A stretch of DNA of 32,871 nt from a virus (IMGVR_UViG_3300047281_000124), one strand, 5' to 3'. Positions 9,271 to 18,750 are shown, numbered from the stretch's first letter. The notes: generated from the letters alone by a model not told the origin. Numbers and translations: made by a program.

Positions 9271-10835
9271 ACTGATACTGCCCTTAATCTATTTCCAACC
9301 TTGGTTGCTGCGATTTCTCTAATTGATTTAGATATTAACAGTTTAGGGTCTCTTGTTTTTGGGGAACCCTGAGCGTACCCTGGTTCAAATGTTTGGTATG
9401 GGTTCTTCATATAATTATAAAAAGCTGTAATCATACCTGCTCTGCTCTGACTCATGCGCTCTACTTTAACTGACGCTGCGAAGCGTCCGGTTTGATAGTT
9501 TAGTATACTTCTACTGCTACCATCTCCCATATTAGCTGATATTACGTTCTGTAAGTTGTCATTAATTAAATTCTGTAAGTTAATTAATGAGTAAAGTTGT
9601 TGATTAGTACTCTTTATAGTAGATACTTTTAAGGAAGGCCTTTTACGGGCTTCTTTAAGTTTACTTATCTGTATTTTAGCAACTTTTAAGGCTTTATTAA
9701 TCTGACTAGTTATTTTATCAGTATCTTGATATTTAACTGTACTATTGAAGTTAGTAGTTATTGGATTTAAAGTTGGCTTACCTTCAAAAGCATTTTTTAA
9801 ACTAACTAACATAGATCTAGCTATACTGGGAGAGCCTTCGGTATTAATAAGGGTAGTAGCTAATACATTTAAAGATTGTGCATTAGAAAGTATGTCTTTT
9901 GCTAGCACGGCTCTTATAGGGTCTTTATTTATCTGTTTAGCTCTATTTATCAACATCTCTGATAAAGGTTTAAACGTAGATATAAACTGTTTAAAAGCCT
10001 TATCGGCATCAGTATTATTTAATGTTTGGCCCGTTAACTGAGCTAATAACTTATTTAGTCTATCTCCTGCTTGCGTTAACTGGTCTCCGGCAGCCTTATT
10101 ATCTTTCTTAAATTGTAGCTCTACTCTTAAATGAGGGTTACTAGAAAGCACCGTTTTAGAAGCTTTTATAAACACTTCTTCCTTATCAATTACATTACTA
10201 GTTAAGTAATCTGCATCCAATAAAGCTTTAATAATTATTTCTAAGGTTTGTTCGGTTTTTCCTGAAGTACCTTCTTTGCTACTAATAGTAAAATCTCTGT
10301 AGCGTTCTCCTGTAAAGGTAGCTGCTATAGGTAGATTTTTTAATATTTTAAGAGAGAATACACCGGCTAAGTGCCCAGACTCTATGTTCTCTGAAATGTA
10401 TTCGTATAGCTCGTGCCCTAGGGGGCCGTTATTTACAGATATAACAATCTCTATATACTGTAAAAATAGGTCTCTTAAAGTTTTTTGAGGAACTTTAGAT
10501 AGGTCAAACCCGCCTTCAAATTCTTGAATTTTGTTACCGTATGAAGAAGATTTAACAAAGCTTAAAAACTCCGCGTAATTAACTTTGCTAATTACAACTG
10601 CGGCATAGTCAGCTAGAGTAGCATTTTCTATACTTTTTTCTATACTTGATAATACACTAGATATACCACTTTGCGTAAACACAGAGCTAGCACCTGAAGT
10701 AGCACTCTCGTACTTTCTACGAATAGCTTTTGTATCTTGATCTTGAAGCGCTATAGCTTTTTGACTTCTAGACAGATTATTAAAGTCTGTAAACACCTTG
10801 TTTTTAAAAGTATCACTAAATTCTGCTAAACTCAT
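9267..10835 (-). CDS. Tail completion/neck protein with a long N-terminal extension
   Basis: C-terminal LNYQTGRFAASV...YNYMKNPYQTFEP...RDPKLLISKSIREIA resembles the T5 tail completion protein; synteny agrees; 522 aa. Confidence 0.65.
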   Translation of the reverse strand: MSLAEFSDTFKNKVFTDFNNLSRSQKAIALQDQDTKAIRRKYESATSGASSVFTQSGISSVLSSIEKSIENATLADYAAVVISKVNYAEFLSFVKSSSYGNKIQEFEGGFDLSKVPQKTLRDLFLQYIEIVISVNNGPLGHELYEYISENIESGHLAGVFSLKILKNLPIAATFTGERYRDFTISSKEGTSGKTEQTLEIIIKALLDADYLTSNVIDKEEVFIKASKTVLSSNPHLRVELQFKKDNKAAGDQLTQAGDRLNKLLAQLTGQTLNNTDADKAFKQFISTFKPLSEMLINRAKQINKDPIRAVLAKDILSNAQSLNVLATTLINTEGSPSIARSMLVSLKNAFEGKPTLNPITTNFNSTVKYQDTDKITSQINKALKVAKIQISKLKEARKRPSLKVSTIKSTNQQLYSLINLQNLINDNLQNVISANMGDGSSRSILNYQTGRFAASVKVERMSQSRAGMITAFYNYMKNPYQTFEPGYAQGSPKTRDPKLLISKSIREIAATKVGNRLRAVSV

Positions 10836-10837
10836 GA

Positions 10838-11464
10838 TTAATTATAACTCGCTGTATACAGATCCAATATACGTTTAATGTGTGCAGGAAGATTAGTGCT
10901 AGTAATATACTCTACTTGCATAGTATTAGGCTGAGCTAATTTATGAGTATGTACAGCTGAGTCATTCTTAATATAGTAAGCAATGAGATCAAGTACGGCT
11001 AACTTCAAGTCTTCTGGTAAGGTTTCGTAACCTGCGGTATATGTGATTCTGTATCCGTTAATAGCTTCTGGGAATATAGGGTTAGATCTGCTACCGTAAG
11101 GTACGTATCCTAATAATTCTGGTGGAGGGCTAGCTACTAAGATAGGTCTTAAGTTATTTTGTGTTTTAGATAGTACGAAGTTTACGTATTCTTCTAAGGG
11201 AGCATAATTAGCTCCGTAGTCTGAGGAGTACTCTACACTACTTATTGAAAGTACAGGAGTTTCGGAAAGTTCAATAGTATCAGAACCTCCTTCGCTGTAC
11301 TCTACTTTTGCTTCATCAATGTAATCAACAAAACTTCTACGGCAAACTGATTTTACTAGCTCGCTTACTTTTACTATTAATGAATCTATAGTTGTATCAC
11401 TAGTAGTACTAGAGATACCTTGATAGGCCTTATATTCTGCTCTTGTAACTAGTGGTAGTCCCAT
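10838..11464 (-). CDS. Head completion / head-tail adaptor protein
   Basis: Follows the capsid gene; ITYTAGYETLPEDLKLAVLDLIAYY and LPAHIKRILDLY motifs; AAAGGA RBS before ATG 11464. Confidence 0.75.
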   Translation of the reverse strand: MGLPLVTRAEYKAYQGISSTTSDTTIDSLIVKVSELVKSVCRRSFVDYIDEAKVEYSEGGSDTIELSETPVLSISSVEYSSDYGANYAPLEEYVNFVLSKTQNNLRPILVASPPPELLGYVPYGSRSNPIFPEAINGYRITYTAGYETLPEDLKLAVLDLIAYYIKNDSAVHTHKLAQPNTMQVEYITSTNLPAHIKRILDLYTASYN

Positions 11465-11507
11465 ATTTATTCCTTTATCTTTTAAATAGGCTGCTCGCAA
11501 CCTATTT

Positions 11508-11531
11508 AAAAGATGGGACCGAAGTCCCATC
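11508..11531 (-). terminator. Intrinsic terminator after the major capsid gene
   Basis: GATGGGAC-TTCG-GTCCCATC-TTTT on the minus strand. Confidence 0.78.
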
Positions 11532-11555
11532 CTTAAGTATTTACTTAATCAAAGA

Positions 11556-13451
11556 TTAAGCAGCCCATTTCATTGTAGCAACACCTTGACCGAGATTGGT
11601 AGCAATCTGAGTCATACCGGTACGCAAGCTAGCAACTAGAACACGACGTTGTGTTTCCACAAGTTCTTGTGTATCCATACGTAGACCGCGTTGGTTACCA
11701 ACGATAAAGTTAGGAGTATACACTGCAAGAGCACCGTATGCGCCAGTAGCTTGAGCTGGAAGTTCAGCAGAAACCAACACTGGAGAATTACCAACTTGAC
11801 CGATTTGACCAGTTAGCAATGTAGCTTGTACACCAACTTGGTTCATTGTCTGGAAAGAGGTATCTTCTAGCAAATTGTAGTACATTTCTGTAGATACGAT
11901 AAAAGTCACGTCTTGTGGGTCAAGACCTAAAGCACCTAGGGCTTTACGTAGAGCACGTAGGCTAGCAACGCTAGTAACGGCACCAGAAGCGATAGAAGCA
12001 GTAGTATTTGCAGCAGCTACACCAGTTGTGTAAGTTGCAAGACCTTTAACAGGGTCAGCACCAGCACCAGCACCTAGCAAGAATGCTTTGTCGATAGCGC
12101 GAGCTGTACGACGAACCATTGCATCACGAACGATAGGCATAAGAGCGATCAAGCTATCTTCTTCTTCTTCGTAAGCCATATATTCGTTGGTAGCAACTTT
12201 ATAAGCATTCAAAGTGATTTCTTTAACTTGGTGAACAGCAGTATTACCTGCGCTAGCACCAGTAGCAAACTGAGCGTTAGTAACCCAAGTTGCGTAACCA
12301 GCTTCTGGGTTCACTGGGATTGTCATAACGTTTGTCTGCATAGCAACGTTACGTAGCAATGGAGAAACGATCAACTTACGACGAACTTCAGCTTCCATAG
12401 CCATAGAAACTTCAAGTTCCCATGTAGCGGAAGGCAAGTGAGCGCCAGTTTTTTCCAATAGTTGACGACCAAATTTGGTGTCTTGGATTGACTTGCCAGT
12501 AATGCGTGAAAGGATAACAGCTTTTTCTTTGTCAGCGTAGCTAACTTCAGCAGTTTTGCCATCAGCGAAAGTCATTTTGGACTTTTGCATAGCTTCGATT
12601 TCAGCAGCTTTTTCAGTTAGAGCAGCTTGTAGGCCGTCTAAAACTGACTTAGTGCTTGCAGCTTGAGTAGCGAAGCGAGCTTCGACTTCAGCCATCAATT
12701 TGTCAGCACCAGTAGTGCTTGGAGTAGCAAGAGCAACAGCTGCCTTGATACGAGCCTGAACGTCAGCTTCTTGAGCATCGGCTAGGGATTTAGCAGTTGC
12801 CTGGTCAGCAAGAGCTTTAGCAGTAGCATCAGCTACCAATTGTTTAATTTCGTCTTGGGTCATTTCGACTTCCTTCTGTGATTTGCTGTTTACGTCCGTA
12901 GAGGAATCTAGCCCTTTAGCTGAGTCGCTTTTGGGTGCAAACTGCGATTTAAAATTGTTGTACTCATCAGCATCTGAAAATGCTTTAGACAAACTAAAAA
13001 GAGTATTCTGGTTGCAAGGAACTGATACAACTGATATTTCTACCAGTTCCAATTCTTTAACAACAAAAAGCTCTGCTACAGCATTATATTCAGCATCAAT
13101 AATTCTGAATCCAACGCTAAATGCGGTTACTACTTCGTCTTTTACTAAACTAAAGATTTCAGACGCAGCTGAAATCCGGGCTTTAATCCAAAGACCTTTT
13201 CCATCAATCTTATGCTCAATCATGCGTCCGATAGGATCATCGTGGTCATGTTGCGCTAGAATGATAGGGTTCTTAAGATAGTTCTTAATGCCCGCTTCCC
13301 ATACACTAGTAGGGATAACATCGTTTGATCTATCTACATCGTTAGTACTTGCGTAACCTTCGATAAAGATAGAGTCAATCTTATCACCTGCAGCAGGAAG
13401 CTCTTTAGCAGTAAAAGTACTATTTACAAATAATACTTTATTTTTACTCAT
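11556..13451 (-). CDS. HK97-family prohead protease fused in frame to the major capsid protein
   Basis: N-terminal IEGYAST, VDRSND, HDHDDPIG, AFSVGF and LVEISVVSVPCN motifs; then a coiled-coil scaffold and an HK97-fold capsid region (IPVNPEAG, EITLNAYKVAT); single 631-aa ORF. Confidence 0.93.
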   Translation of the reverse strand: MSKNKVLFVNSTFTAKELPAAGDKIDSIFIEGYASTNDVDRSNDVIPTSVWEAGIKNYLKNPIILAQHDHDDPIGRMIEHKIDGKGLWIKARISAASEIFSLVKDEVVTAFSVGFRIIDAEYNAVAELFVVKELELVEISVVSVPCNQNTLFSLSKAFSDADEYNNFKSQFAPKSDSAKGLDSSTDVNSKSQKEVEMTQDEIKQLVADATAKALADQATAKSLADAQEADVQARIKAAVALATPSTTGADKLMAEVEARFATQAASTKSVLDGLQAALTEKAAEIEAMQKSKMTFADGKTAEVSYADKEKAVILSRITGKSIQDTKFGRQLLEKTGAHLPSATWELEVSMAMEAEVRRKLIVSPLLRNVAMQTNVMTIPVNPEAGYATWVTNAQFATGASAGNTAVHQVKEITLNAYKVATNEYMAYEEEEDSLIALMPIVRDAMVRRTARAIDKAFLLGAGAGADPVKGLATYTTGVAAANTTASIASGAVTSVASLRALRKALGALGLDPQDVTFIVSTEMYYNLLEDTSFQTMNQVGVQATLLTGQIGQVGNSPVLVSAELPAQATGAYGALAVYTPNFIVGNQRGLRMDTQELVETQRRVLVASLRTGMTQIATNLGQGVATMKWAA

Positions 13452-13464
13452 TGTGCTCCTTTAA

Positions 13465-14658
13465 TCAAGGTTTAGGTACCTCTGGTTTCTTTGGGGCACC
13501 ACCTAATGCTGGATTAACAGCCGAGCCCGCAATGTTAGCCGGTATACGTAGATCATCATTCCCCGGTTTAGGGTCGTAACGTAATTCTAATCTAGCTTCA
13601 TTAGCAGAAATAATTCCACCATTAACTAGGGTTGTATTGTAAGCTGCTACATCTTTAAGCTCAGGCTGTAGAGCCGAGACGTTAGAAGTTATAGCATCAA
13701 TATCATATCCAAAATATCTTTCCATAGCGGAAGTGTATTTACGAATAATTGGCATAATTGTTTCTAGGTAGAACAAACGCATATTCGGAGAAATATTCGC
13801 ATTGTTACCGCCATCTAATAATAAACTAGGTACACCTAGTGCTTTTAGAATTTTTATATCATGAGACTTAATAGAGTTATCAAAATCCATATCTTGAAAA
13901 CTTGCATTAAGTAGATTACTAGGTTTTAAGCCTGAATCTAGGATCATTGGCTTTCTAGCACCATTTTTAGGGCTATAACCAGCAATCCAGTTTTGTATTG
14001 TTTTTTGCTTAGATACTTGACTCAGCGTATTTTCTGTAGTCAATACCATACCAGGTACAGCACCATTCTCGAAGAAGGTTTCTTGAAATGCTTGCATCTT
14101 ATACAAGATTTCAATTGATCTGTTAGCTGATAGAAGTCTAGAACTACCACGGTAGATAGAACGGCTGCAAGTATCTCTAATATGTATAATTTCATTAGGC
14201 TTGAAGTCCTGCATGTTATTATACTTATACCCTGCGATAAATGTCTTTGCATCCGGTAAAATCTGCATATTTGCAGAAGGCAGATGATATAAGAAAGCAC
14301 CATCAAAGTAGATAAAGATATTACCTTCTAAGATAAAATCTGTAAATATACTTGCACGAAAATCTTGTACACTTTGATAAGGGTTAGGTCTAAAGTTTAG
14401 TAAGGTAGCTAACGTCTTTTGACGCATACCTGGACTAATATCGGAGGCAATCTTATCTTTAATATCAAAGTCTAAACTAGCGCAACCTGATACAATCATA
14501 GTAGTACCACGATTGACAGACTCTAGTTTTTCAAATGAAGTTCTATAATTTGCAGGAGCATGTGAGCCTACAATTATACCTTCTTGTCGAAGGATTATTT
14601 CTTGAGCCGGGTTTAATTTTTCTTTAAACCAGTTACTCGCATTATTATACCAAGCCAT
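13465..14658 (-). CDS. Portal protein (HK97/T5-like)
   Basis: LNFRPNPYQS, FILEGNIFIY, FFENGAVPGMVL and ISANEARLEL motifs; upstream of the protease-capsid gene. Confidence 0.93.
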   Translation of the reverse strand: MAWYNNASNWFKEKLNPAQEIILRQEGIIVGSHAPANYRTSFEKLESVNRGTTMIVSGCASLDFDIKDKIASDISPGMRQKTLATLLNFRPNPYQSVQDFRASIFTDFILEGNIFIYFDGAFLYHLPSANMQILPDAKTFIAGYKYNNMQDFKPNEIIHIRDTCSRSIYRGSSRLLSANRSIEILYKMQAFQETFFENGAVPGMVLTTENTLSQVSKQKTIQNWIAGYSPKNGARKPMILDSGLKPSNLLNASFQDMDFDNSIKSHDIKILKALGVPSLLLDGGNNANISPNMRLFYLETIMPIIRKYTSAMERYFGYDIDAITSNVSALQPELKDVAAYNTTLVNGGIISANEARLELRYDPKPGNDDLRIPANIAGSAVNPALGGAPKKPEVPKP

Positions 14659-14666
14659 CTTATTCC

Positions 14667-15101
14667 TTATGTAAAGGCGCTAAAGAAGGAGCCCACAATC
14701 GCAGTCTTAGTATTTACTTCAGTACCGTTGAACTTCTCTACCTGAATATTAATCCATCGCTCTTGACGAGCAGCTGAACCGGCAGGAGGAGCTTTTCCAA
14801 ATATTCTATGTAACGAAACATGATGCTTATTACACAACGTTCTAACTTGCTCATAGAGCTCGTCTTTATGTTCTGCAATAAACTCGTCCCGTACAGCAAG
14901 TATTCCATCATCAGTTGAAATATCATACCTTTTTGCACTAGCCCATTTTTCTAGCAGTATTGTTATGGAATTAAAGTGATGTAATTCTAAATCGACCCCT
15001 GAACCACAGATACAACAAGTAGCTTGCTTATCATAAGCAGCTTTTGCCCTATCTCTAACCCATTTAACAGGTATACGGTTATTGCCGGTATTTTTAGCCA
15101 T
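14667..15101 (-). CDS. HNH-type nicking/packaging endonuclease
   Basis: CCICG...LELHH...TLCNKHHVSLH zinc/HNH pattern; sits between terL and portal as in T5. Confidence 0.8.
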   Translation of the reverse strand: MAKNTGNNRIPVKWVRDRAKAAYDKQATCCICGSGVDLELHHFNSITILLEKWASAKRYDISTDDGILAVRDEFIAEHKDELYEQVRTLCNKHHVSLHRIFGKAPPAGSAARQERWINIQVEKFNGTEVNTKTAIVGSFFSAFT

Positions 15102-15130
15102 TTTTGTTACACGTTCTTAATCTTGCTCTT

Positions 15131-15159
15131 ATTATAGCACTTGAGCAGTAGCATGTCAA
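15131..15159 (-). promoter_or_regulatory. Sigma70-type promoter for the HNH-portal-capsid operon
   Basis: TTGACA-17 bp-TATAAT on the minus strand. Confidence 0.8.
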
Positions 15160-15199
15160 CATATAAATTTTTTCTGCTTCCAGTACTATAAATTTTGAC

Positions 15200-15228
15200 T
15201 TGTTTATAGTATTTGATAGTGATATAAT
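15200..15228 (+). promoter_or_regulatory. Promoter for the GIY-YIG gene
   Basis: TTGTTT-17 bp-TATAAT with an extended TG; AAAGGGG RBS downstream. Confidence 0.6.
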
Positions 15229-15246
15229 TATACAAAGGGGATTATA

Positions 15247-15828
15247 ATGACATCAGGAATATATCAGTTAAACTTCGCAGACCAAGCCTATTACATTGGT
15301 CAATCACAGGACATGGAAACTCGGTGGAAGCAGCACGCTGATAAGTTTCTTAAAGGCAAAGCTGCCGCTAAAATGCAAGATGCCTACAATCAACTGGGTA
15401 TGCCTCATGCTGGTATAGTTATCGAGTGTCATAAAGACTACCTAGACATTATGGAGACATTTTACATCCATGACCAGAAACAGTATGCTAACTGTCTTAA
15501 TACGTCGGCACCTGCGCTTGACCCTAGTATTGACTATGAGTGGCTATTTCAGCATAGACATATGCTAAAGTTTTCATCTGCTGAAATTATTAAGGAATTT
15601 GTTGGAGTAGTTAAAGAGAATAATAAGCTACAAGAAGATCACGATGATCTAAAACATAGCTTTAATAAAGAGTATCTACTTCATAAAGCTGCCGCAGAAC
15701 TAAAACACGGCAAAGACGAAAACGAGCAGCTAGTAAAAAAGTACCACGATCGACTTCGTAACGCTCAGGAGAAAGTTACGAAACTTCTTAATCGTGGTCT
15801 CTTTGATAGGCTATTTAACCACCAATAG
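15247..15828 (+). CDS. GIY-YIG nuclease with a C-terminal coiled coil
   Basis: SGIYQL...YYIGQS...RWKQH N-terminus; antisense to the late operon and overlaps the terL stop region. Confidence 0.8.
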   Translation: MTSGIYQLNFADQAYYIGQSQDMETRWKQHADKFLKGKAAAKMQDAYNQLGMPHAGIVIECHKDYLDIMETFYIHDQKQYANCLNTSAPALDPSIDYEWLFQHRHMLKFSSAEIIKEFVGVVKENNKLQEDHDDLKHSFNKEYLLHKAAAELKHGKDENEQLVKKYHDRLRNAQEKVTKLLNRGLFDRLFNHQ

Positions 15829-17104
15829 TATAAGTGTACATGGCGTAGCGAACTGCGTCTGCCATGTGGCTCGCGATACCATGCTCTGGGCGTTCCCGAG
15901 TTACTGTATCTTTGCTATCCCAACGATATTGGTCAAACATGAGTAAAGTATGCTCGCAATGAGGCGACACTTTAATTCGGTTCTGATCTGCTAAAGTCTG
16001 TACCAAGGCGATACCGTCTAGTACAGACTTTTTTGCTTTGATAGTAGCAATATCGTAAGTGTAGGCCAAGTCAGCTGCCATCTGTGCGGATGCCGAGTCA
16101 ATGAAGATAGTCTCAATATTCCATTTATTAATCAGCTCATTGAACCTAGAAACGTGTTCAGCTGTCGTAGCTTGGTTCTCTTGGTATTCGTCTACGATAT
16201 GATAGGTCTCATCGCATGGCGAGTATATGATTACGCAGAACGCAGTAGGGTCTTTGTAACCAGGGTCAAGCCCTGCAATTACTTCATCGCCATCTCGCGG
16301 CACATAGTCCATTTTCAAGTGCTCATCTAAGGTATAGATTTGTCCCTCAAATACAGAGAACGAAGCCATGTACTCTTGTTCAAATTCTGCTTTTGACATT
16401 ACCGAACGAGCCTCGGCCACATCTTTTTCAGACATACGCTCATTCTCGCTATAGTCAGCAGTTATCGATGCCCACTCTGGGAATTCCTTACTAAAGCCAC
16501 GATCAAAGAACTTAGAGAACCAGTTGTTCTTTCCACGAGGTGTTGAGATAAAGATTGCCTTAGATCCAGGTTTATCTAGTGTAGGTCGCAACGCAATATT
16601 AAACGCAGCCTCTCCATCTCCCAACGCAGCCTCATCAAAGATAATCAGGTCATAACTTCTTCCAACACTCGAATCCACTGTACTAAGACTACCAAGACGA
16701 ATAGTACTACCATTAGTTAACTCCAATACACGATCTTTAACGTTATCACGCTCAACTTCCAAGTCGAAGTGCCTAATAAGCTTTCTCTGCAATTCAAACG
16801 AAATCGAGCTAAGCGAATAATTCGGTGATATAATTAATATATTACACCCAGGAATCAACATTACTAGTTGCCCGATTACATTGGCTATATAGGTTTTTCC
16901 CAAACGTCGCGCAAGTGCTGCACAGATAAACCTATAATTGGGATTATTGACTGCGTTTATTAACGCACACTGTGGGCGGTTCAATGTTTCATAAATACCT
17001 AGCAACTTTAAATAATTAGTAATAGGTAGCTTGATAAAGCGTTGAGCAGCTGGAAACTCTGTAATACCATCACAGGCAATATCAGGTCTAGAAATAGTAA
17101 GCAT
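15815..17104 (-). CDS. terL: Terminase large subunit (T5-like)
   Basis: Walker A ARRLGKT, Walker B LIIFDEAA, coupling motif ISTPRG, nuclease GLDPG and HMADAVRY. Confidence 0.95.
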   Translation of the reverse strand: MLTISRPDIACDGITEFPAAQRFIKLPITNYLKLLGIYETLNRPQCALINAVNNPNYRFICAALARRLGKTYIANVIGQLVMLIPGCNILIISPNYSLSSISFELQRKLIRHFDLEVERDNVKDRVLELTNGSTIRLGSLSTVDSSVGRSYDLIIFDEAALGDGEAAFNIALRPTLDKPGSKAIFISTPRGKNNWFSKFFDRGFSKEFPEWASITADYSENERMSEKDVAEARSVMSKAEFEQEYMASFSVFEGQIYTLDEHLKMDYVPRDGDEVIAGLDPGYKDPTAFCVIIYSPCDETYHIVDEYQENQATTAEHVSRFNELINKWNIETIFIDSASAQMAADLAYTYDIATIKAKKSVLDGIALVQTLADQNRIKVSPHCEHTLLMFDQYRWDSKDTVTRERPEHGIASHMADAVRYAMYTYTIGG

Positions 17105-17598
17105 TATTTAGCATCCAAGTTAATTAGCTTCTGAATTAAGGTACCATACTTAGTACCATCGGAGCCATTCTCATTGATCTGGACATTAACTTGATTCTTG
17201 ACGTTAGCACCTTGTACTTTCTCTAGAGCCATTTGTGCGGCTAGGTATTCCATAGACATTTTGTGGCTAAGGGCCATTATCTCTAGAATATCTTTGGAGC
17301 TTCCAACATCTGCCTCTTCCATGTCCTGAAACTTCTTGCTAAGGATAGCGTCCATTGCAGCACGCATCTTAAATTGGTTATTAAAGCCAAGGTTCATGAA
17401 TACGCCATCAACGTACGACTTGACCTCTTTACGGGCTAAAGTTTGGGACACGAGGGCGACTGGGACATCTAATAAATCTGCTACCTTGATGATGTCTTGG
17501 CTTTGGAGGTAGCAGTTTGCGATCTCTAACGATTCTGGTGAAATATCTAAAACTTCCGCTGGAGTTACAGCCGGAAGGTTACGGGATGGTTGGGACAA
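17104..17598 (-). CDS. terS: Terminase small subunit (T5-like)
   Basis: ISPESLEIANCYLQ...GFNNQ...SSKDILEIMALSHKM resembles T5 TerS; start placed at TTG 17598 (GAGG upstream) because the ORF-track start overlaps the -35 box. Confidence 0.8.
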   Translation of the reverse strand: MSQPSRNLPAVTPAEVLDISPESLEIANCYLQSQDIIKVADLLDVPVALVSQTLARKEVKSYVDGVFMNLGFNNQFKMRAAMDAILSKKFQDMEEADVGSSKDILEIMALSHKMSMEYLAAQMALEKVQGANVKNQVNVQINENGSDGTKYGTLIQKLINLDAK

Positions 17599-17632
17599 TT
17601 GGGGTACCTCGATTATTTTTATTGTATGCTCG

Positions 17633-17661
17633 ATTATATCACGTGGGCAGCTTAGGGTCAA
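17633..17661 (-). promoter_or_regulatory. Promoter for terS-terL
   Basis: TTGACC-17 bp-TATAAT on the minus strand; overlaps a TGACCCTAAGCTGC motif copy. Confidence 0.7.
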
Positions 17662-17718
17662 TGTGTAAATTTGGGCAGTTGGGGCAGCTTAGGGTCGGTG
17701 GCGAAGGACTTGGTACGG

Positions 17719-17829
17719 CTGCTCTAGCTTAACGCACCGTATTTGGTTTTAAGAATTTTAATAAAATATTGAATAACACCTGCTCTAGCTTCACGCACCG
17801 TATTTGGTTTGAATAATTTTAATAAAATA
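17719..17829. repeat. Two 50-bp direct repeats, period 61 bp
   Basis: 17719-17768 and 17780-17829, 47 of 50 identical (CTGCTCTAGCTT-ACGCACCGTATTTGGTTT...AATTTTAATAAAATA). Confidence 0.9.
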
Positions 17830-17891
17830 CCGCCTGTGGGTGGGCCTCCGGGGTATAGCGATAGCCTAAGTCTAATAACCGCCCCTATCCT

Positions 17892-17920
17892 ATTATAGCA
17901 CGAATAAGCATAAGCGTCAA
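17892..17920 (-). promoter_or_regulatory. Leftward sigma70-type promoter at the late/pre-early junction
   Basis: TTGACG-17 bp-TATAAT on the minus strand. Confidence 0.7.
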
Positions 17921-17977
17921 CATATTTATTAATAACTTATTTTTTATAGGGTTATTAATTGCTGCTATAATAAACAC

Positions 17978-18178
17978 ATGAACAAATTACACTCCGCTGC
18001 TACTACATACGCTAACGTACTGGTTCAATACCATGAAATACGTTTGCATTGTGAGACTAGCACACTTCGCGAAGATAAGCAAGCATTGCGTCATGCTTAT
18101 GACCAACTATGGCAAGCACGATATGATTTAGATAAAATAGCACAAGAATGTGCTGGTTACTTGAATAACATGGTATAA
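17978..18178 (+). CDS. Hypothetical protein (66 aa), probably leaderless
   Basis: ORF track; TATAAT 6 nt before the ATG; no SD. Confidence 0.65.
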   Translation: MNKLHSAATTYANVLVQYHEIRLHCETSTLREDKQALRHAYDQLWQARYDLDKIAQECAGYLNNMV

Positions 18179-18185
18179 TAACATC

Positions 18186-18281
18186 ATGAAATTAATTAAA
18201 GACTTCCTCCAAGCTCTCGTCCTTGCTACCATTTTGGGAGCACCCCTTGCCTACTATATCCTTTTTGTACTGAAACCTTAA
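18186..18281 (+). CDS. Small membrane peptide (31 aa)
   Basis: Hand translation MKLIKDFLQALVLATILGAPLAYYILFVLKP; TGGTATAAT 6 nt before the ATG. Confidence 0.55.
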   Translation: MKLIKDFLQALVLATILGAPLAYYILFVLKP

Positions 18282-18282
18282 T

Positions 18283-18519
18283 ATGATACTTACCTTTAAA
18301 GAACTAAACATTAACCCTACTGACTACAATGGTATGGAGTTTGGGAAAGCCCGGGCCTTGATTATCAATCAGGCATGTGACTATGTGATGGCTAAGGTTA
18401 TCACAGATACAAGCGTTGATGAATTTGATGCTATCCCATGGCCTAAAGATGCTGAGGTTTGTATGACTAAACAAGCTGTTATAATGTTCGTCAATATGCA
18501 TTCTGTTATAATACACTAA
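18283..18519 (+). CDS. Hypothetical protein (78 aa)
   Basis: ORF track; starts 1 nt after the previous stop. Confidence 0.6.
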   Translation: MILTFKELNINPTDYNGMEFGKARALIINQACDYVMAKVITDTSVDEFDAIPWPKDAEVCMTKQAVIMFVNMHSVIIH

Positions 18520-18528
18520 AGGAATAAT

Positions 18529-18702
18529 ATGATTCAAGATATAGAATTTGTGTTTGCTTCTGTAGCTACAGGAGAATGGACAAAAGAAGAATTTGAGGCA
18601 TGGTGCGTGCGTTCCCGCACTGTAGTTGATGATGCCTATGCTCAGGGGTATGACGAGGGCTCTGCGGGTTTATATGCAGACGAATATACAGAAGAAGATT
18701 AA
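18529..18702 (+). CDS. Small acidic hypothetical protein (57 aa)
   Basis: Hand translation MIQDIEFVFASVATGEWTKEEFEAWC...YTEED; AAAGGA RBS; followed by a terminator. Confidence 0.7.
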   Translation: MIQDIEFVFASVATGEWTKEEFEAWCVRSRTVVDDAYAQGYDEGSAGLYADEYTEED

Positions 18703-18708
18703 GAATAC

Positions 18709-18731
18709 CCCCACATAATGTGGGGTTATTT
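18709..18731 (+). terminator. Intrinsic terminator
   Basis: CCCCACA-TAA-TGTGGGG followed by TTATTT. Confidence 0.6.
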
Positions 18732-18750
18732 GTATCTCGAATTTTTATGG

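Noticed and set aside
11481-11510. Perfect 10-bp inverted repeat TTTAAATAGG/CCTATTTAAA next to the capsid terminator
   Set aside because: Single copy and AT-rich; most simply an mRNA-stabilising or processing hairpin, with nothing further to support a special role
995-14306. Many ORF-track entries antisense or out of frame within the structural genes (e.g. 2053-2409, 5017-5565, 8033-8251, 9745-10041, 12883-13281)
   Set aside because: They are shadows of long real minus-strand genes, with no RBS and no recognisable motifs
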